A stretch of 64,000 nt of DNA from Fibrobacteria bacterium (GTDB lineage: Bacteria; Fibrobacterota; Fibrobacteria; UBA11236; JADFYW01). Positions 60,602-64,000 of this stretch are shown here, in pieces. Numbering within the stretch: position 1 is the first letter of the stretch; every line of letters begins with the position of its first letter. A model generated the notes under the pieces. That model did not search any database. It was not told the DNA's origin and worked only from the letters and a program-made list of their open reading frames with translations. Location of the stretch: the NCBI GenBank assembly GCA_050294405.1, contig JBNKOC010000030.1, positions 32,001 through 96,000 on the forward strand, given 5' to 3'. The translations under genes were made by a program, and so were the position numbers.

Positions 60602-61999
60602 TTACAACTTTAAAATGCTTCTGGTGTAATCTCCCAAACCTGCAACTTTAATTTTTACATAATAAAGCCCGGACTTAAAGTCCGCGGTGGATAATTCGAA
60701 GGAACTAACATCATTTACTGTGGAAATGATGTGCCCTTTAACATCGACAATCTCTACAGAAAATTTATCCTGCCCTGCAATTTTGATATTTCTGGAATTG
60801 ATTTGAATTTGGTCCAGCTTTTCCGCCACTTTAATGCCTTGGGTAACAGGTTCTTCCACAACTCTTTCGGTTAACATAAAGTCATCATCAACAATGGGAA
60901 GCCCGATACAATCAGAACGATCATCTGCGCAGATGCTGGGATCATAACCTGCGAGAAAGTAAAGCACATTTTCAATGTATTGTTCTAAATCGCCAGTGCC
61001 ACCGTCAAAGCTGGTATTACCTGGAGAGTTGTCGTTCAAATCAAGGTTATCATGCCCTGTTGGCAAATAAGCAGTCCAGCCTTTTCCAATTTTTTGCAAA
61101 AAGGAGTGCATATTACCGCCTTTGAAGCGCTTGTCTGCAGGTAGAGCCGTTCCAACGGATCGGTAATCATAGTTCAATAGCTGTACCACTCTACTCGCAT
61201 AAGGCTCAACTTCCCTGATGTCCCGGCCAAATTGATACCATTCATTTCTCATCATTCTGAAGGGAACACCTTCCATTTCAATGTCATTGCCATTTTCGTC
61301 AACGCCCATAAGGACTCCACGAGTTGGTTGACCATTATAAGAGGATATTAATACATCTTCCTCCAATATTCCCTGCAATGCGATGTGGTTTTTACTGCCT
61401 TCCCATTTGTAGACAGGAGCAGCTTTATCATTTTCTAAATGCCCACCATAAACCATTGGATGGAGGGAGTCAAGGTAAAAGCCCCAGTTGGTATTGCCCG
61501 GTTGATCACCACTAGCATGAATTCCAAAATAACCAATACCTTCGTCAACAATGGCATTTCTGATGGCATTCCACTTTGCATTTCCCACACCTGATTGACC
61601 AATTTCGCTAATGTTATTGGAAAAAATTACCTGGCCCTCTTTTAGATCGTCTAGCGTGAAATCGGGCACGCTGCCACGTGAGGTACCTTCACTTGCACCA
61701 GTAAAGTGAGAAACTGTAAAACCCTCTCTTTGGGCAATGTTATTAAGCGCGCCGGTCAAAATGGGTTTACCCTGGTTGTGATGATAGTTCATAGTGAAAT
61801 TCAATTCCACCACATGTGTTAACTTAGAAGTATATTTCACGTAATTGGTGTCTCCGTTTGCTACCAATAAACGCACATGCTCCTTAACGGGCTTAGTGTC
61901 CTGAGCAAAAGAAGCGCCTATTCCGCACAACATACCTAAGGCCATTAGTTTACAATATTTCAATAATGATAAATTCATTGTTTTTATCCCCCAAAACAC
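60602..61999 (-). CDS. Secreted ThuA-like domain protein with T9SS-type C-terminal domain (paralog 1)
   Basis: GIGYFGIHASGD, NEWYQF, IGKGWTAYLPTGHD; C-terminal IVDVKGH...SGLYYVKI...ILKL. Start may be the ATG at 61978. Confidence 0.72.
   Translation of the reverse strand: MFWGIKTMNLSLLKYCKLMALGMLCGIGASFAQDTKPVKEHVRLLVANGDTNYVKYTSKLTHVVELNFTMNYHHNQGKPILTGALNNIAQREGFTVSHFTGASEGTSRGSVPDFTLDDLKEGQVIFSNNISEIGQSGVGNAKWNAIRNAIVDEGIGYFGIHASGDQPGNTNWGFYLDSLHPMVYGGHLENDKAAPVYKWEGSKNHIALQGILEEDVLISSYNGQPTRGVLMGVDENGNDIEMEGVPFRMMRNEWYQFGRDIREVEPYASRVVQLLNYDYRSVGTALPADKRFKGGNMHSFLQKIGKGWTAYLPTGHDNLDLNDNSPGNTSFDGGTGDLEQYIENVLYFLAGYDPSICADDRSDCIGLPIVDDDFMLTERVVEEPVTQGIKVAEKLDQIQINSRNIKIAGQDKFSVEIVDVKGHIISTVNDVSSFELSTADFKSGLYYVKIKVAGLGDYTRSILKL
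61640..61774. repeat. Near-identical tract shared by the two ThuA-like paralogs, copy 2
   Basis: Matches 60080-60214. Confidence 0.9.
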
Positions 62000-62539
62000 A
62001 AATTGCTCTCTTAATATATCTGAGTTTGGCTTGTGGACACAGCGTTTTTTTTGAAGTATGGGAAAATTGCGGATATTTTAAAAATAATTGCGTAAATTTT
62101 AGTTAAAGGCTTAAAAAATACAAAAAAAAGTCATGAATTTAAAATGGAAATCCTCGTACAGAGTTCCTAACGGGTTTGCAAAATAGCATGTTTTGTGCAG
62201 ATGGCAAAATCCAGGTTGGTTTTGCTGGTCCTTAAAAAGGGTCCAAAAAAGAATCAAACAAATGGATTAAAATTGAAAATGAATTCGATTCAAAGCATTA
62301 AACCCTGCAAAGTTGCTGAGAAAACTTTTAAGGAGAAGTTTATTTTAAATGGAACAATAGAGTTGCTATTTAAGGGAATATGAAAATCTATATAACTCAG
62401 TTATTATTGAATGAAATGTAATGGCTTTCATATAGGCTGAAATTTTACAAATAAAAGATGTGATTTTCATGTTGAAATTCTTAAATTTTTCGCAACTTAT
62501 ACTGAGGTAAGGAAAAACCTAGGGGTAGGTAATAATACA

Positions 62540-63844
62540 ATGGGAATTTGGAATTGGATGTTAAAAACTGTGAACTGCATGGCATGTTTTTGCATTGTTG
62601 CAGTTTTACTAGCTTTTTCCAATAATTCTTATTCCAATCCACTCGAGAAAATTGATTTTGGAGTTGGAGCCTATGTTGATGGTGGTCGCCTGTTTATAAA
62701 AGAAACATGGGATCGCGATGACTTTTTTACTCGTACGGGAGCCCGTTGGAATATCACTGGTAACATTTCAGAACAACTGAATTCTGAAATAAACCTTCAC
62801 TGGTTATGGTGGAGAAATCATGCTTCCAGTTTAAATCAATTTCATATTGTTGGAATTAAATTCGATGCAGATCTCGAGGCTTCATTAAACTATCAAATGA
62901 ATGAAAATAACCTTTTAAAATTTGGGTTGTATGAATTTAAATACAATCCCGATTCAAAAAATTTAGGGGAATATTTAATCCGATCTGAAGCCTATCCATT
63001 GATAATTGAAAATGGCCAGGGAAAAGATGCATTCAGACCCTCTCATGCCAGAGTTGGAGGCATTCAATTTGATTATAAGGCAAATCCCCTATACGCCAGG
63101 GGGCTTATATTTTTAGAACAGACAAATATTCCTGCAAATGATTTAAGCATTGCAATTTTTGGAGGATTAAATACAGGAGCCTTTGATTTGGAAATCGGTG
63201 CCTCCTCAAGAAGGCTGTTAAAATTTGGTTCCGTGTATCAGGAATTTAAAGATCCTGATACTGTGCGGTTGAATTATATAAAATCCCAGGGGTTAACGAC
63301 TTCCGCTAATGTATTTATGGTAAGGGGAGCCATTGATCTGTATCACTTAATGGGCGTTGAAAGTAAAGATAAGTTTAAATTTTATATGGAGGCTGCTCTA
63401 CTTGGCTTGAAAACGGACAGCCTTTTTTACACCAAGTTATCCGAGCGTCTTCCAATAATGGCAGGGATAGACATACCTAGTTTTAGCTTTTTTGATGAGT
63501 TAGCCTTTGAAATTGAATACTTGAGTTACCCGCATAAGGATAAGAAATATTTGTTAGTGGACCAACCTGGCTCCAGTAAATATTCTCCACTACCTCCGGG
63601 GGTAGATTTGCCTGACCCTAATTTTCCACAACCCTTCCAAACATATCACAGAGATGATTGGAAGTGGAGTTTGAATATTGCCAAAAATTTAAATAATTGG
63701 GTTGGGTTACGCGTAAAACTGGCAAACGATCATTTTCGGCTATTGGGATGGGACAAACAAGCTGCAACGGAGGGCGAAGCTTTAAATAAAATCCCATTCC
63801 CAGGCAATTGGCATATTCTAATGCGATTGGAATGGCATAATTAG
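62540..63844 (+). CDS. Putative outer-membrane beta-barrel protein
   Basis: Signal peptide; alternating aromatic beta strands; FGLYEFKYNPDSKNLGEYLIRS..YP and DDWKWS...ANDHFR motifs. Confidence 0.7.
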   Translation: MGIWNWMLKTVNCMACFCIVAVLLAFSNNSYSNPLEKIDFGVGAYVDGGRLFIKETWDRDDFFTRTGARWNITGNISEQLNSEINLHWLWWRNHASSLNQFHIVGIKFDADLEASLNYQMNENNLLKFGLYEFKYNPDSKNLGEYLIRSEAYPLIIENGQGKDAFRPSHARVGGIQFDYKANPLYARGLIFLEQTNIPANDLSIAIFGGLNTGAFDLEIGASSRRLLKFGSVYQEFKDPDTVRLNYIKSQGLTTSANVFMVRGAIDLYHLMGVESKDKFKFYMEAALLGLKTDSLFYTKLSERLPIMAGIDIPSFSFFDELAFEIEYLSYPHKDKKYLLVDQPGSSKYSPLPPGVDLPDPNFPQPFQTYHRDDWKWSLNIAKNLNNWVGLRVKLANDHFRLLGWDKQAATEGEALNKIPFPGNWHILMRLEWHN

Positions 63845-63845
63845 T

Positions 63846-64000
63846 ATGAGTTTCTCAATTGTACATAAAAAGAGTATTCAACAAAATCGAAAATGGTTTT
63901 TGATTTTTATGCTAAGCCTTTCAAGTTTTGCTTTTTCTGAACCTAAGTTGAATTTATATACAGGCTTTGATATTGGTCGCCTTGAAAATGGCTATGATAT
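63846..64000 (+). CDS. 5' part of an exported protein, possibly a paralog of the preceding barrel
   Basis: Hand translation MSFSIVHKKSIQQNRKWFLIFMLSLSSFAFSEPKLNLYTGFDIGRLENGYD; open to the window end; starts 1 bp after the previous stop. Confidence 0.6.
   Translation, partial: MSFSIVHKKSIQQNRKWFLIFMLSLSSFAFSEPKLNLYTGFDIGRLENGYD

Noticed and set aside
60080..61774. 135-bp repeat pair as a DGR TR/VR pair or mobile-element ends
   Set aside because: Both copies are in frame within paralogous genes, the mismatches are not adenine-specific, and there is no RT or transposase.
62195..62383. 62-aa ORF in the divergent gap
   Set aside because: It has a GTG start, no SD and no motifs, and lies in AT-rich promoter-like DNA.
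1..64000. CRISPR arrays, tRNA/rRNA genes, IS elements, prophage or defence systems; also the many 60-175 aa ORFs nested in or antisense to long genes
   Set aside because: No regularly spaced repeats, cloverleaf motifs, transposase, integrase or phage genes were recognised by eye. The nested ORFs are shadows of well-supported genes.

Overview
Bacterial chromosomal segment, AT-rich and gene-dense. It is most plausibly from Fibrobacterota, an inference from a Fib_succ_major/FISUMP lipoprotein, T9SS-like C-terminal domains and the style of the outer-membrane barrel proteins. Housekeeping genes include hemB (5' part), a HIT protein, rpmG, nrdB-nrdA, dps, tatD, miaA, leuA, trmFO, purH, purC, trmH, an XPB helicase and leuS. 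They are interleaved with signalling genes (a GGDEF protein, several kinases and receivers, an alternative sigma factor) and many envelope or secreted proteins. Non-coding signals read directly from the sequence: a cobalamin riboswitch plus tandem NrdR-like boxes before nrdBA, a complete leucine attenuator before leuA whose leader peptide appears leaderless, a sigma-54 promoter before the sigma-70-family gene, a TGT-N11-ACA site before a PEP-CTERM gene, and several unexplained structured leaders. The best candidate for an undescribed system is the co-directional block at 25236-30057: a monoheme cytochrome lipoprotein overlapping a two-heme Cyc2-like cytochrome-porin fusion, followed by a subtilase and an orphan secretin. 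No CRISPR array, rRNA, tRNA, transposase, integrase or reverse transcriptase was recognised.
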